Positions 11,837 to 25,100 of a stretch of 64,000 nucleotides of DNA are shown here, piece by piece. Below the pieces are notes generated by a model. That model did no database searches, was not told the origin of the DNA, and saw only the letters and a list, made by a program, of their open reading frames with translations. Origin of the DNA: Dimorphilus gyrociliatus (lineage: Eukaryota; Animalia; Annelida); assembly GCA_904063045.1 (NCBI GenBank), contig CAJFCJ010000006.1, positions 3,240,408 to 3,304,407 on the forward strand, in the 5' to 3' direction. Made by a program: the position numbers and the translations under genes. Each line of letters begins with the position of its first letter. Positions within the stretch are counted from its first letter, which is position 1.

Positions 11837-13103
11837 TTATGCCAGAAGCATATCGAAACCTAGAAGAGTATCGGCTATTACATCGCAAATCGATAAAATC
11901 TTGAATGGTTCGTTCTTTGCAATTTCACTGGCGTGTGGAATTGTATCCGTTATCCAGAACGTGTCAAATTCGATACCGCTGCGATTTCCTATAAATTTTT
12001 CATAAGACTTCTTTGGGAAAACAGCGTGAGTAACATAAGCTCGAATTGACCTTGCTCCTTTGGCTTTTAAAACCTAAATTAAAATATAGTAAAACTGTGT
12101 ACACTGTAATATCTTCTCAATAAGCACAGACCTTTGCACACTCTATTAAGGTTCCTCCACTCTGAACTAAATCATCAACTATAATAACATCAGCATCTTT
12201 ACCATCTCCTATTGAAAAACAAATATTTATTAGCGAATCTATAGTTTTAATGTAAGGTTTTGTTTGATGAATACAACCTTCTTTAATAGTCACTATCTTC
12301 TTGTCCTTTTCCCTTATCTTATTGCAAATAATTATTGGCAAAGGAAAATTATCATCAAATATTCCTCTGAAACGTTTGCAAGCTCCATCGTCTGGGAATG
12401 CAATTGCAAAATTATAAGATTTTCCACAACTTTGACCCTCCATTTTCATTTTTCTTAGTTCTCTCGTTAGCAAGGGAATGCCCGTCTCTAAACGAGGTAT
12501 GGTACTGTCTCCAAAATAAAACCGTATTTGAAGAGCATGAATGTCCAAAATAAGCAGCTGAGTTGGTCCTCTTGATGAAAGGGGTGTGCTAGATAGCATA
12601 TTTGCCAATGTCTGCAAAAAATTAAAATGAGTAATAAAAACACTGTCAGCATTTTTTTAATTAACCTTAGCAGTAGCTATTTGTCCCTCTCTGTCAACTC
12701 TTTCCATCGTTCCAGTGGGAAAATATGGAACAATTACGGTTAAAGATCTAGCCATATATTTGGGTAGTGCATATATTACTCCTAGTTGTTCAAAGATAAC
12801 GGCTGGGTCATGGAAACTCGCAAGAAAAATGATATCCCTTCCAGCCATTTCTTTTACTTCCTCTATGAACAGATTCGGAAAACCGTCATCAAAAGGAACC
12901 CACTCAATGATATTCTTAAACTTGACAGATCGTCTCTCTATGGTACCTTTATCAATTTTCGGTACATGCGAAGATTTCCTCTTTTCACAGAGTTCTTCAA
13001 TTTTTTTAGCTAAGCTATGCATTGACGAATGTGCAAAAAGCCATATGGACGGTCTATAGTGAGCAGAATAAATTCCTGGGGATAAATCATTGTTATCTGA
13101 CAT
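11837..13103 (-). CDS. Ribose-phosphate pyrophosphokinase, plant-type class II (PRS3/PRS4-like); 4 exons
   Basis: Exons 13103-12666, 12611-12278, 12208-12132 and 12073-11837, all GT-AG. Motifs FDDGFPNLFI, VPYFPTGTMERV, LDIHALQIRFYF, AFPDDGACKRF, IVDDLVQSGGTLIEC, AYVTHAVFP and WITDTIP. Confidence 0.9.
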
Positions 13104-13512
13104 GCTGAAGAAATTTTGGACGGTATAGATTTTTTAGTTAGAAATTGTATTTCGTGTTTTGCAATGTAAAACACTCGCCCAAACTAAGGAAACTGGTGAA
13201 AATGTAGGTCCGGTGCTCCGCTCAAGAAATAAACGATCTATTTTAATTATAGTTCACTTACCGAATATGTAGAACATCTCTACCAAAAAAAGTTATCTAA
13301 AAGTTAATTTTTGGTACTGCGATCAAGTGACGTCTCTTAAAAATAATCCCAAATCGTATTGTAGTTTAACATTTTGAGTTCTTGAGAAGCGCGATTGGCG
13401 TCTTGTTTATTTTGCGGTGTGATAAAGAGCTTTATCTGCAGGTAAGCTTTCTGACACATTTTCCGCAGGGCGACTTAATTAATTAGATTTAGCTACCTCA
13501 GATGAACTAATC

Positions 13513-14179
13513 ATGAATAACTGCCTGAACTTCCTACTTGTCTTGCTCTCATTTTCCAGAGTTAATTGTATTGAATTATCAACTGATAAGAGTAATTTAC
13601 CTATGGATAACTGTAAGTATTGAAAAATTTGCTTGAAAAAAATTGTTTAATCGAATATACAATAGCATCATTGAAAGAGAAAAAGTACGGTGTAAGAACC
13701 ACACCGACTCCGACAGGTAGATTGACTGTTATAACAATTATGAATCGCTAATTACCCATCCGTTGTATATTAACAGATTTTAAAAATATAGACCCTAGTG
13801 TAAGTCTGTGGGGACCTGTCATAGCCATTATTATTGTCACCATGTTAATCGTCTTTTTATTGATGATATTTAAACAATGCTCGGGTCAACAGTCTGGAGG
13901 TGACTGGTTGTTTTATCACGAGTATTCTAGCTTTACTAACAAAAAGGCCTCTACCTGTTTCTTCTTGTCTTTCCCTTTCATATGAATTTGATAAGGAATA
14001 AGAAACAATTCAGATGAAAACTTTCAATACTTAATTTTCCGTGTTACTTTTCAATGTAACAAAATATAAGTAATTAGGTTTCTAGTAGGAATTTTAATGC
14101 TTAGTCTATTTTTCAAGCATTTGCTGTTTGCCTGTTGGTTGCTTTCTATCCCTACAGCAGTATAAGCAACCAGAAGTAG
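13513..14179 (+). CDS. Small orphan type I membrane protein (signal peptide, short ectodomain, TM); 3' end uncertain (stop at 13985 or 14179)
   Basis: MNNCLNFLLVLLSFSRVNC signal-like start, short GT-AG introns, and hydrophobic segment LWGPVIAIIIVTMLIVFLLMIF followed by KQ. Confidence 0.45.
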
Positions 14180-14248
14180 GTAAATATATCATTTATCTGT
14201 GTACGACTGGTTGTGGTTCTTCCATTATTTAACTAAATAGTAACTAGC

Positions 14249-14991
14249 ATGACGGCCTCTTCTCTTATGCTTAGTATTTCTAACACAGCTTTCACTAACA
14301 TTACTAAAATGAATGTTGATGGATCAAGTCTTCCTCAGCTAACAAGAACTGATATCGCTTTAACCATATCATTTATTGGAGTTTTCTTTCTACTAATATT
14401 CTGTTGCTTCTTTGTTAACTTCAAGCGAAAACGGTTTTTTAGCCGTGCTAATAATGCCAGCTCGAATGGTATCTTTCAGATTCCTGTGCAATTTTTATCA
14501 TTCAATATTTGATTATTTTTTAATCAACAGAGGGAGCCGCTGTTCAATTAAATATAAACGTGGAATGTAGGAGCGAGAGGGGTAGAGCCGCCCAACTTGT
14601 ACCTGGACAACCAACAACACCTCCACCATCTTACACTGCTGTTGAACGGGAAGTATCATTTATATCTGACATCAGTCAGACTGAGAGTATGATAGATGAA
14701 CCACCCGAGTATGAAACAATTTTAAGTGGAGGAAAACCAACGCGAGTATTGCGCAAGTCGCTACTACGATCTAGTTCTGATGCGACAACATCTAAACCCC
14801 GCTCTGCAGTAACTGTGCGAAGGACCGAGTCTGAATGTATACCACTAAGAAAGAAGCCAGCCGAAGAAGAGGATGAGTATAGAATGGCCACGCGATTGAG
14901 AGACCAAAGCATACAGGAAGAAACTGACCCTGAATATGAAAATCTGCCGCCAATGAAAGTTGTCCCTAAACGACCTAGTAAAGATACCTAA
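14249..14991 (+). CDS. Orphan single-pass membrane protein with cytoplasmic PPxY and tyrosine motifs; 2 coding exons
   Basis: Exon 14249-14468 has a TM (IALTISFIGVFFLLIFCCFFV) followed by KRKR. A phase-1 intron joins it in frame to ORF 14560-14991 (PPPSY, PPEY, EYRM, EYENL). Confidence 0.65.
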
Positions 14992-15149
14992 GGACTACTA
15001 CTAAACCGTTTTGCTCATATTTTAAATATTGCGCTTGTTATGATTCCTATTGTTGAATTCCATCTTTTAGATTTAGTCTCAAACTTTTCGTCAAACGTTG
15101 TATTGGTTTAAGGGAATACGCATAACAAAGCACGTTGGCGAAAATGTCC

Positions 15150-16325
15150 TTACTTTCCTGGGAGAATGATACCATCGTACTGTGTAAAAAAAATGACATT
15201 AGTTCTAAATTTCTAAACTGTTTTAACAAATAAATGTTTGACAAGTCTCAGAAACTTGGGTATAAGTTTGGTCAGTCATAGCTTATATCAGACAAGTTTT
15301 TCATCCCTTTCTATTTTCATAGAAAACAGTAAATTTAGTAAGCAACTTACTTTACGTTGGAACCATTTGATGGCATCCTCTTTTAGTACACGGTGAGAAG
15401 CACCGATTTTGGCGGTCTTCTTTCTTCTATGTGGTACGTTGAAACCTGTAAAAAATATTGTCTTATTCGAAGTACTAGCAAAGCCAATAGACAGAGTAGG
15501 TTGCAGAACAATTTTTATATTAGCGTTTAAATTTAATGGAAAAAATTTAACGTAGCAAAATTTCCTATGCCAAAAACGCTGAAATAAAATAGTAGGACAA
15601 ATGTATACATACCAGCTCTGGCTAGGACGATGTAGAAGTCCATTCCGTAAATACCTATTCCAGGATCATACTTGATTCCAAGATCAATATGTTCGTTAAT
15701 TCCGAATCCGAAGTTTCCAGTATCAGAGAAGTTTCCCTTCCTCAATTCAAATTCCTTAACTTTTAATCCTTTTTCGAGGATTTCTTCCGCCTTTGAGCCT
15801 CTTACTGTGCAGTGTACGGCGATTTTTTCATTTCTTCTAATTCCAAATGAACGGATTGTGTAGTGTGCTAAAACGATATTTTAGTGTTAAGATAGCTTTT
15901 TCCCCTCATCCTATTAATATTTACCCTTTGAAAAAACTGGAGTTTGACCAGTCAACTGTTCGAGCACCTTAGCGGCCCTAGTCAATCTATCTCCAGACTC
16001 GCCAACGCAGATGTTCAAGCACAACTTCTGGATTTTCAAATCCCTCATAACATTTTTTTCACGTTTCTCATCTGAGCTCGTTTTCTTGGTTTTCGCCTGC
16101 AAAAGTAATTCTTTGTAAAATAGGGAAAACCACACTGGGTGATAGGTTCAATATTAATCCTCTTTTTAAGTTAAAATAGTAATAAGTTTTGCCAAATTTT
16201 ATACTGAGTTTTAGAGATGACATAAAGAACTCTTTATTCGTCATATTGGGTATATCAAGAATAAAGAGATTGTCAAGAAATTGTTGGATTTAGTTCAGAA
16301 ATATAACAAATCAACATACCGACAT
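15150..16325 (-). CDS. RPL11: 60S ribosomal protein L11 (uL5); 5 exons
   Basis: [88 protein letters not shown] and C-terminal YDGIILPGK*. Confidence 0.97.
15243..15312 (-). ncRNA. Candidate intronic box C/D snoRNA in the last RPL11 intron
   Basis: Minus strand: C-like box GGGATGA (15307-15301), internal CTGA, ATGA and terminal CTGA (15251-15248). The guide TATACCCAAGT upstream of the D box is complementary to the recalled LSU rRNA stretch ACUUGGGUAUA. The host intron (about 150 nt) is longer than typical for this window. Confidence 0.55.
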
Positions 16326-16335
16326 GTTGACGACC

Positions 16336-16346
16336 GGAAAAGGAAA
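16336..16346 (-). promoter_or_regulatory. Polypyrimidine TCT/5'TOP element of RPL11
   Basis: TTTCCTTTTCC lies about 10 nt upstream of the RPL11 ATG, the position typical for ribosomal protein genes. Confidence 0.6.
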
Positions 16347-16949
16347 TTACATTCTTCAAGTTCAAGGCCATCAACCTTGATTTGGAGTGTTTCGGTGTAT
16401 GGTGATAACTGGTAAAAATTCCCGCTTTCAGATTGAAACATACAAACATTTATAGGAGAGAATTAATCAGAGCAGTTTGTCTTGTTTTATAATTATTCAT
16501 AAGCCTCTTGCTTATATTCTGTTTGTAATCTATGTCAGATGTCAAATTTCAAAATATACTGATTTGGACATAAAACACAATTTTTAGAACTTCAGAAATA
16601 AAACTAAGCAATTAATAAAACCATTAAAGTAATTAAAAATTTTGCGGGAGTTACTTTTCCAAAGTAAAATTTTAAGATTAAATATTTGTTTCATTTATAA
16701 CATAAGCATACACGACAAAATAATAGAGCTGATCAGGAACCCGATTTTTACCAGATTTCGGTGGGCGGAAATTGGAGAAAACTAGTTCAAAATCGAATTT
16801 CCTCAATTACGGTCTTAAAGTCCAAAGGAAATCTTTATTACGTTGACACAAGATGGAATTTCCAACAAACCAATGCTACAATTAATCTACAAGATATTTT
16901 ATCCATCGACATTTTTATTTATGAAAGATAATCAGCTGTTACCCAAGAA

Positions 16950-18837
16950 ATGTCCTGTCCGTCAAGAAAAGATCTTCAAAATTACTTCAAAAAACGACTA
17001 CCACCTATCAAATGGTTACCAAAGTATTCTTGTCAACATCTTCAAGGAGATATCATTGCAGGTTTAACTGTTGCCCTTACTGTAATTCCTCAAGGTCTAG
17101 CTTACGGTCAAATTGCTCATTTACCCGCGCAATATGGATTGTACAGTGCATTTTTATGTTGCTTTGTCTATTGCTTGTTGGGAACGGCTAAAGATGTTAC
17201 CTTAGGTCCCACTGCTATTATGTCAATGCTAGTGGCTCATTATTCCGAAAATTTTGGTAATAACATAGCACTGTATGCAGTTGCTTTAAGTTTTTACTGT
17301 GGAATTGTCCAATTTATTTTGGGTATTTTAAATTTGGGCATAATTGTCGAATTTGTTTCATCATCAGTCCTTAGCGCATTTACTGGAGCGGCTGCTATAA
17401 CTATTGCAGGAGGCCAATTAAAGCATCTTTTAGGCATAGATTAAAGAAATAATTCATTATAGCTTATTAAATCTTCTGAGAATACTCACATGACTCTTTA
17501 TCAAATTCTTCTAATCAAACCGAGAAATATTATTATATTATTATTTAAGTCTGACTGGTATTTTATTCTTTTATCTATGCTTAAAGGTTTAAAGAATACA
17601 ACAAGGTCAGGAGATCTTTTAGATCAACTTATAACAGTATTTCAAAATATCTCTACAATTAATAAATATGATATAATACTCTCTGTTATCTGCATAATCA
17701 CATTGATATTTTTAAAACAATTACGATCTATAAACTGGACAAGCCCACCCACATCTATATTACAAACTGTTTGTAGGAAGATTGTATGGCTGACAGGAAC
17801 ATCTTCAAATGGTATTGTTGTCTTATCATCAGCCGGAATCGCTGCCTCTCTTCTTGCAAAAAATATAGATGTATTTTCGATGACTAAAGGTAGCAAAAAA
17901 CAATTACATTGTAATTTAAGCACACTTAGCTTTTTTTATAGGCGTGGCAGCTGGTCTTCCGCCCTTTAGACCCCCGCATTTATCAGCAACAAATACAACG
18001 TCATGGGATGTTCTTAATAACATCGGAACTGGCCTAATAATGATTCCTCTAATAGGTATTGTAGAATTAATGGCCATTGGAAAAGTTCTAGCCAGAAAAA
18101 ATGATTATACAATTGATTGTAGTCAAGAATTAATAGCTATAGGAGTAGCCAATGTATTAGGTTCATTTGTTTCTGCTTATCCAGTCACAGGAAGTTTCAG
18201 TAGGAGTGTTGTTCAGTCAAATAGTGGTGCTAAAACAACATCAGCAGGTATATTTACTGGGACTGTGGTTATAATATGTTTAGCGAGCTTAATGGATTTT
18301 GTTCGATTTATACCTAATCCAGCTTTGGCATCTGTAATATTTTGCGCAGTTCTTCCAATGTTTGATCCGTCTGCCTTAGTGAAATACTGGAAATTAAGTA
18401 AACTTGATGGCTTCATTTGGTTCCTTACTTTTACTCTATCTATTCCTTTGGGTATTGAAGTGGGATTGGCGGTGGGCATGGGTTTTTCACTCTGTTTTTT
18501 TGTGTTATATCCATCAGCTCGACCAAGAATTATATATGAATTTCAAGATAACTGTACAATAATGAAAATATATGAAAAATTGACCTTCGCAGGATCGGAT
18601 TATTTAATTGAAGCAATAAGAAAACAATTGAAACGCACAAGTATAATATTAGACTTGACATCAATGAATAGCTTGGACCCATCCATCGCCCTCGTTCTTT
18701 CCCAAATTAGCAGAGAAGCCGGAAATTATGGGTTTATAATGATAGCCAGCAAAGAAGTTGAAATTTTTCTGAAGAAAGTTGATATCAAATGTGGTAGCTC
18801 TATAAATGACTCTTTAAGAGAAATTCGCTGTGATTGA
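16950..18837 (+). CDS. SLC26A11: Sodium-independent sulfate anion transporter (SLC26A11-like); 3 exons
   Basis: KRLPPIKWLPKYS, GDIIAGLTVALTVIPQGLAY, YGLYSAF, SQELIAIG, PVTGSFSRS, and a short STAS-like C-terminus. Confidence 0.9.
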
Positions 18838-19184
18838 TAAATTAATTTATATACTGTACATATAAATTTATATATATAAAATAAATAACAATGATTCTTG
18901 AAGTTTACAGTTAAAGATCTAAATTGTACAGTTGTTTATGTAAAATTTCTAAAAATTTCTTCTTGCTATTTAAAACTTTTTTTAGAAACTTCGAAATATC
19001 TTACTTAGATTTCGAATATATTTCTAAAGATTAAAGAGAATGTTTCGGTCACGTTTGCGAATACGCACCAGTCTTGCCGCACAATCTGAGCGATAATTTG
19101 AATTTGTCAGAACTAGAAAGTTAAAAAGCGAAAATTATTCCCTTTTAGATACTGTAACGTTTTTTTCTTATAAATAATCAGAAA

Positions 19185-22100
19185 ATGGATGATCGAAATT
19201 CAGAATTGATGCGTTTTGTTGAACACTTGAAGAATAAGTAAGTTAATATATATAGTTCAATTTGTTTTTGTTAGGCAAGTTTCTCTTGTGAAATATTTGG
19301 CTCTTTCCTGAAATCAGGGCCAATAATGTCAAGATAATTGAAGTTAAAAAAAATTTTTTGAACCTGTCGTAAATTTCAATCTACAGTCGAATATGTTAAT
19401 GGTCTCTTTGAGACCCTATATAAGTTTTTAAGTTATCTTAATCAAATACATATGATGATTTTTTGAATTACATATCATTTATATTCCACCTGTAGCACAT
19501 TCAAAACCCCAGAGGAAAAGGAAAAAAAATGGCGTGGAATTGTATTCAAAATCCTCAGCGAATTCAATCCCAGATTCGATCATCCCAAGTACATGTACAA
19601 GTTTTTTCAATTCTCTGCTGCCAAATGCCCTAAGGCTTTCTTTACTGAAGATATTCCGCTATTTTTCGAGTGGGCTCTGTCATGCATCTTGTATAAAATG
19701 AATGATTCTGATTTAGATCCTGAAATAACAGAAGAATTATATGATGTTGTTCTTCATATTGTTCAAGTTTACAGATATACTGACGATAAATGTTTCCTTG
19801 TCATTCTGAGAAAGATTATTGAAGTTTTTCATGGTTGGCTATTTATTAATTTTTAAATTTTACTCTAAATTAACAATGAATTTTTAGAAATTGTAAATAT
19901 GAGTACTACTGATCTAAGTTCGAAATCTATCCATATTTCGTCATTGCAAAGTCGAAATGAATTTATTTCGAAAGAAGAGAATATGACTCTACCATGGCCT
20001 AAAGTGTGCCCAAGTGATGATAGTATTGTAGAGCTTACTTGTTTTTTATGGTAATATATGACTATCCCTTTGTAAATATAATATAAATATAGTTTCTCAT
20101 TATCAGTGAAGTTTTAAGCAAACTTGCAGAAGAGTTTTTATTTTATTCAGAAATAAGAAGTAAATTATGGAATTTGGCAATAAAAACATTTCATCACGGC
20201 TGTATTAAAATAAGAGCAGTAAGAATTTGTTTAAAAACGAATTTCTTTAGTTTTTAAATATTTTCATTTCAGAAAAGTTGCTTATTACTTTTGAAACTTA
20301 TCAGACTTGGATTCTATGAAGATAAAAATAAAATCGTTATTGCATCACTTTTAACTACTTCACTTAAATACACTGTTAAGGAAGAAAATCCTCTTAGTAA
20401 TAATTTTACGAAAATTGTCACTCAATTATGTCATTTTATAGTTGAACAAAAAGATATTGATTTGTTATGCTTGTGCATTACTGGATTATCTAACGATAAA
20501 CTCGAAGATACATTGAAAAAGTTAAACAAGTCAAATAGAAAAGATATTGAAAAAATATTACAAAGTCACTTGAAGTTAGATATGAAAATTTTAGCAACCC
20601 CTAATTTTGGAATGTATTATAAAATAATTTTTGAAAGGCTTTATGGGAACATATCTTTACAGGTATAAACTGTTGAAATATTTTGTGTTTTGTACCATTC
20701 TGAAGATATTTTTTCTACATTTAGCAACAACCTCCAGATCTATTAAGAGCTTTGATTATGGCAGAGAATAGCTCGCTTGGTAGATCAGAAACTGCATCAA
20801 AGATAGTAAACAGTTTTGATTTTTCAATGCGTCCAGTTAATGAAACAAATTTAGAGAATATTTATCAGCATGTAAATTTGATATCAGCGTGCGAAATTGA
20901 TGTTACAAATGATGATCGAGTTAAAGGGGGTGTACTAAGATTCGTGCAAGCTGGTGTTAGCAAATACACATTGTTAGGGAAGACTTTTTATGGATTGATT
21001 GGAGGATGTTTAAATTGGGCTATTAAGAAAAAAATTTTCATGGAGCTGATATCAATACCTTGGATATCTGATCACTATTCCCTTTATGATTTTACACCTG
21101 ATGATAGTAAGGTCTTAGAAGAAGCCAATAGAAATATTCAAAATAGAGATGATTATATAAAAGTTAAGTTACTCTGTTTACACTTGATAGTGTTCATTGA
21201 CAAAGATTTATGTATATCTTGGAGAAGCCAAATATTTAATGGTTGTTTAGTAAGTCATATTTTTTATGAGTTATAATTTATTTTTAATTAACTTCATCTT
21301 ACTTTCTCAGAGCGAAGCAAATGAATCTATCAGAAAGCAATCCGTGTCTTTGCTTCCACATTTTATTAATCTAAACCATCGACTGCAATCACTTAAAGAA
21401 TCTCTGAGGTTTATTATTTTAAATCGTTTCTAGAAATAACTATAACTTTTTTTTATCAGTTTAATTACTGACGAAAAAGACAAAGAAATGCTAGTAACAT
21501 TTTTAAAAGCTTTACCATTATTGCCTTGTGGTTTATCAAAGAGAATAAATTACAAACTGTAAGTGTGAAATTCTACCTTGCTTGATGCCTAATAGAAGCT
21601 TTTCTATCAAGATTTAAATGTCAAGACTATTGTCTAACTTACGAGTCCGCTTGTGACGTATGTGATTGCAACATACCTCAAATGAATCAATCATCTGCAG
21701 ATCATCCTTTAATCAATTTATTATGGAAATGTTGGTTGGACTTATACGACAAGGAATGGATTCGAGATAATAAAGAATTAATAGAAAGTTTGTTTTATAA
21801 TATTGGTATTTTTAATTTTAATATAATTTAATTTTTTCAGTTTTAATAAAATCGTTCTTTCGATTGGCAAATCATGCACATCATATTAAAAATAGTACTA
21901 ATATTTTGAAAGCTCTAGTGTTATACGTAAATTTTTTGCTCTCAGAAGTTGAAAGTATTCGAAATCTTGCAGCATCTGGTTGTATTCGTATATGCGATGG
22001 AGAATTAAAAAATGCTTTAGTTAAACAAATTTGCGAAACAATGGAAAGTAATCTTGAAAGCTATCAAAGGGTTAGTTTTTTTATTACTATTATTATTATG

Positions 22101-25100
22101 ATTATTCTTATTATTATACAAGATATATTAATTTTTCTTAAAGATATTTTTAATGAAAATCTTGGGAAAAATTGGTGAACAAATGAAAGAACCATCGGTA
22201 ATAATTAAAATAAATATATCTCTTTTTAATATTAATTAGTTTCATCTGTAAAGCTTCATATTATAATGGAACTTATTAGAAATATAGCTGTATGGAAAGG
22301 TGGTCAAGGGTTATATGTGGTTAGCGTCGCTGATTTAACTTTACACAGCCTAGTTAAAACTGCAAGTAGAAAGCCAAAGCAAATATTTTACTCGTTCGCT
22401 GATGAAATTTGTGAATTCCTGTTAAAAAATTTAATGGAATCTCCTTCGGAAGAATTAAACTCATGCTGTCAAGTTTTCGGTCATCTATCTCAAATATTTG
22501 AACATCAAATTTCTCAAAGAATGTTGGAATATTCTGTTCCAAGACTTGTTCGGGAATCTACAGGAAAAAGTGCTGAGATCTTAAGGGTGAATAAATTTTA
22601 GATAAATATTAAACGATATTAATATTTCTTCTGATATTAGGTCTTAGCCGAATTTCAAAATGAGGAAGTATCAACGATCGTATCAAATCATATTGGAATG
22701 GTCTTATCATATTTATTTTGTAATTCCAATAAGGAAGAGTTGGAAGAGGCGCTTATGTTTATTAGAAATATTACTAATAAAGAAATTTCCAAATTAATTT
22801 CTGGACAATTACATGAAGTTTATTTCGAACTCATATCAAAATTGGGAAAGTATAAGAAAGATATTTTGGAAGGCATGAGTCTTACTGTTATTCAATATGA
22901 CGAAAATATTCGCAAAGACAGTCCTGCTAGTTTAGATTCAATTGCTAGCCTTCTACAGCCTCGATTTTTAGGTAACAATCCTTTCAGAGTTTGCTTTTCG
23001 ATTGTCTAACGGATAAAATTTCTTTTATGATCTTAGGTTTATTAATTCATTTTGATGATTCCCTTCAAAATACCTACACTTCTGAATCACGAAAAAGAGA
23101 ATTACTTGATTCTCTGGTGGAGTTATTAAAATTAATGGGACGAGAAAGAGTGACGCCAGTACGTATGCGAGTAATTACAACTCTAAAAATTTGTGGTGAA
23201 GAGCCAGCTCTGAAGGAGGCTTGTCTTCGAGCGTGGAGTGCATTTGTCCATTGTTTGAATTTTCAAACTGTCGGTCCTCTCTTGCCCACGATTGTTTGTC
23301 ATCTTATGAAATATTTCGATGAGAGAAAAGCAAAAGTTGCCCATATACTTCGATATTTAATCGTTGAACATGAGAAAGATGTGGATAATTCTCTAAAATA
23401 CTTGTTCTTTCTACCTAGTGGAAAGCCTGAATTAAAAGAGATTGAGAGAGTTATCGCAAATTATAGGATAAGGGTAAAGACAGAGGAGGACGTCCTGGAA
23501 GAACTGGAAATGCTATCTAATGCTGTTATGAACGAAAGTGCAACGGTACATTTGATAATCTTTCTTTGGCTAAACTAATAATAATCAATGATATATTTTT
23601 ATAGGTTCGAATGCATTCCTTAAGGAGGTTGACGAAAGTTCTGGAAAAAAATGAAAACTTTATTTATAAACTGAAAACTCGAGATTCGGTTGTTCCGAAA
23701 ACGCTATGCAAGCTTATTAATGTACTTTTACATTGTTGTGTTGATGCTGATGAAAAAACAAGAATTATTATTGCCGAATGCTTAGGAGAGTTGGGGGCAA
23801 TTGATCCAGCCAGAATAGTATCCCAGGAGTCGTCCTCGGATAAATGTTTTCATTTATCAGTTATAAGTTCAGACTTTACTTTAGATCTTCTGATGGAATT
23901 AGCGAAATGTTTTTTAAGAGCATCTACAAGAGATATTCAAGATAATGTTGCTTACGCAATTCAGGTTTGTTTTTAATTGTTTAAAATTACCAAGATTTGG
24001 AATGACAATCATATCCTTATAGGAAGTAATGAAAGATACAGGGGAAGTTTGGCGGCGATTACCTAGAGAAATATGTGAGATTGTATCACCAATGGAAAAG
24101 TCAAGATTTAAATTAATGGCGGGATATGATTCAAAAAATATCAAGACTCCAATATTTAGTAATACTGAAAATTTTGAAAATTGGTTATTTAATTTTAGTT
24201 TATTCTTGATGTCGCAAACCACCGGAAGGGTTGGGAGAGTATTTGAAGCCTGTAGGGGTATTGTTAAATACGATAGACAAATCGCTCTCTTTCTATTACC
24301 ATATGCAACATCTCATGTAATTATTGACGGTAGTATTTGTGTTTTTTACTAGAAAGCTCTCTTTAAAAACAGCATCTATTTCAGGATCACAAGAAATGAC
24401 ACAATTTATAATTCAAGAAATCTTGACGGTTTTAAATGTTGTCGTTGCTCAGTGGAAAGCGTCTTCCGAACTGCAATGCTTAGGAGTTCAAACTATATTT
24501 TCACTTCTGGACCATTTAAATAAGTTCATTATCCATAAGCCAGAACAGAAAATAGATAATGTTTTGAACAAGGTGCCCAATGATTTGATTTGTGCTGCAG
24601 CTTCCGCCTGTCAGGCCAACTGTAGAGCTATAAAGCATCTATTTATCCATATGCGAAATTTGAAAGATAAATCGGCCCATTTAGACTCTTTACAATCACT
24701 CTATTTAGCTCTAAATGAGCCAGATGGAGTTAAAGGTACTTGTAACATTCCCTAGTCAACGCTAGCTATATTTATATATCAATATAGGTATTGTTGAGAT
24801 AAGAAGAGATAACTCGTCTCCTCTTCACCAAGTTGCAAGCTTTGAAAGCAACGGAGAGTTAGGATCAGCCTCTGTTTGCTATGATTTAGCTTTACAAACT
24901 TCAACTGCTGAAGAGAGTATTAATTTAAAAGCTGGGGCATTGAGATGTCAAATGTCACTCGGCCAATTAAACAATGTGTGGTCATTAGTAAGGACTGAAG
25001 ATAATGAAAAGCTAAAAGCTTTTCGAAAAGAAGCTGCATGGAAGTTGTGCAAATGGGATGATGTAGAGGAGTTATCAAAGGACGCATCAAATGATTGGAA

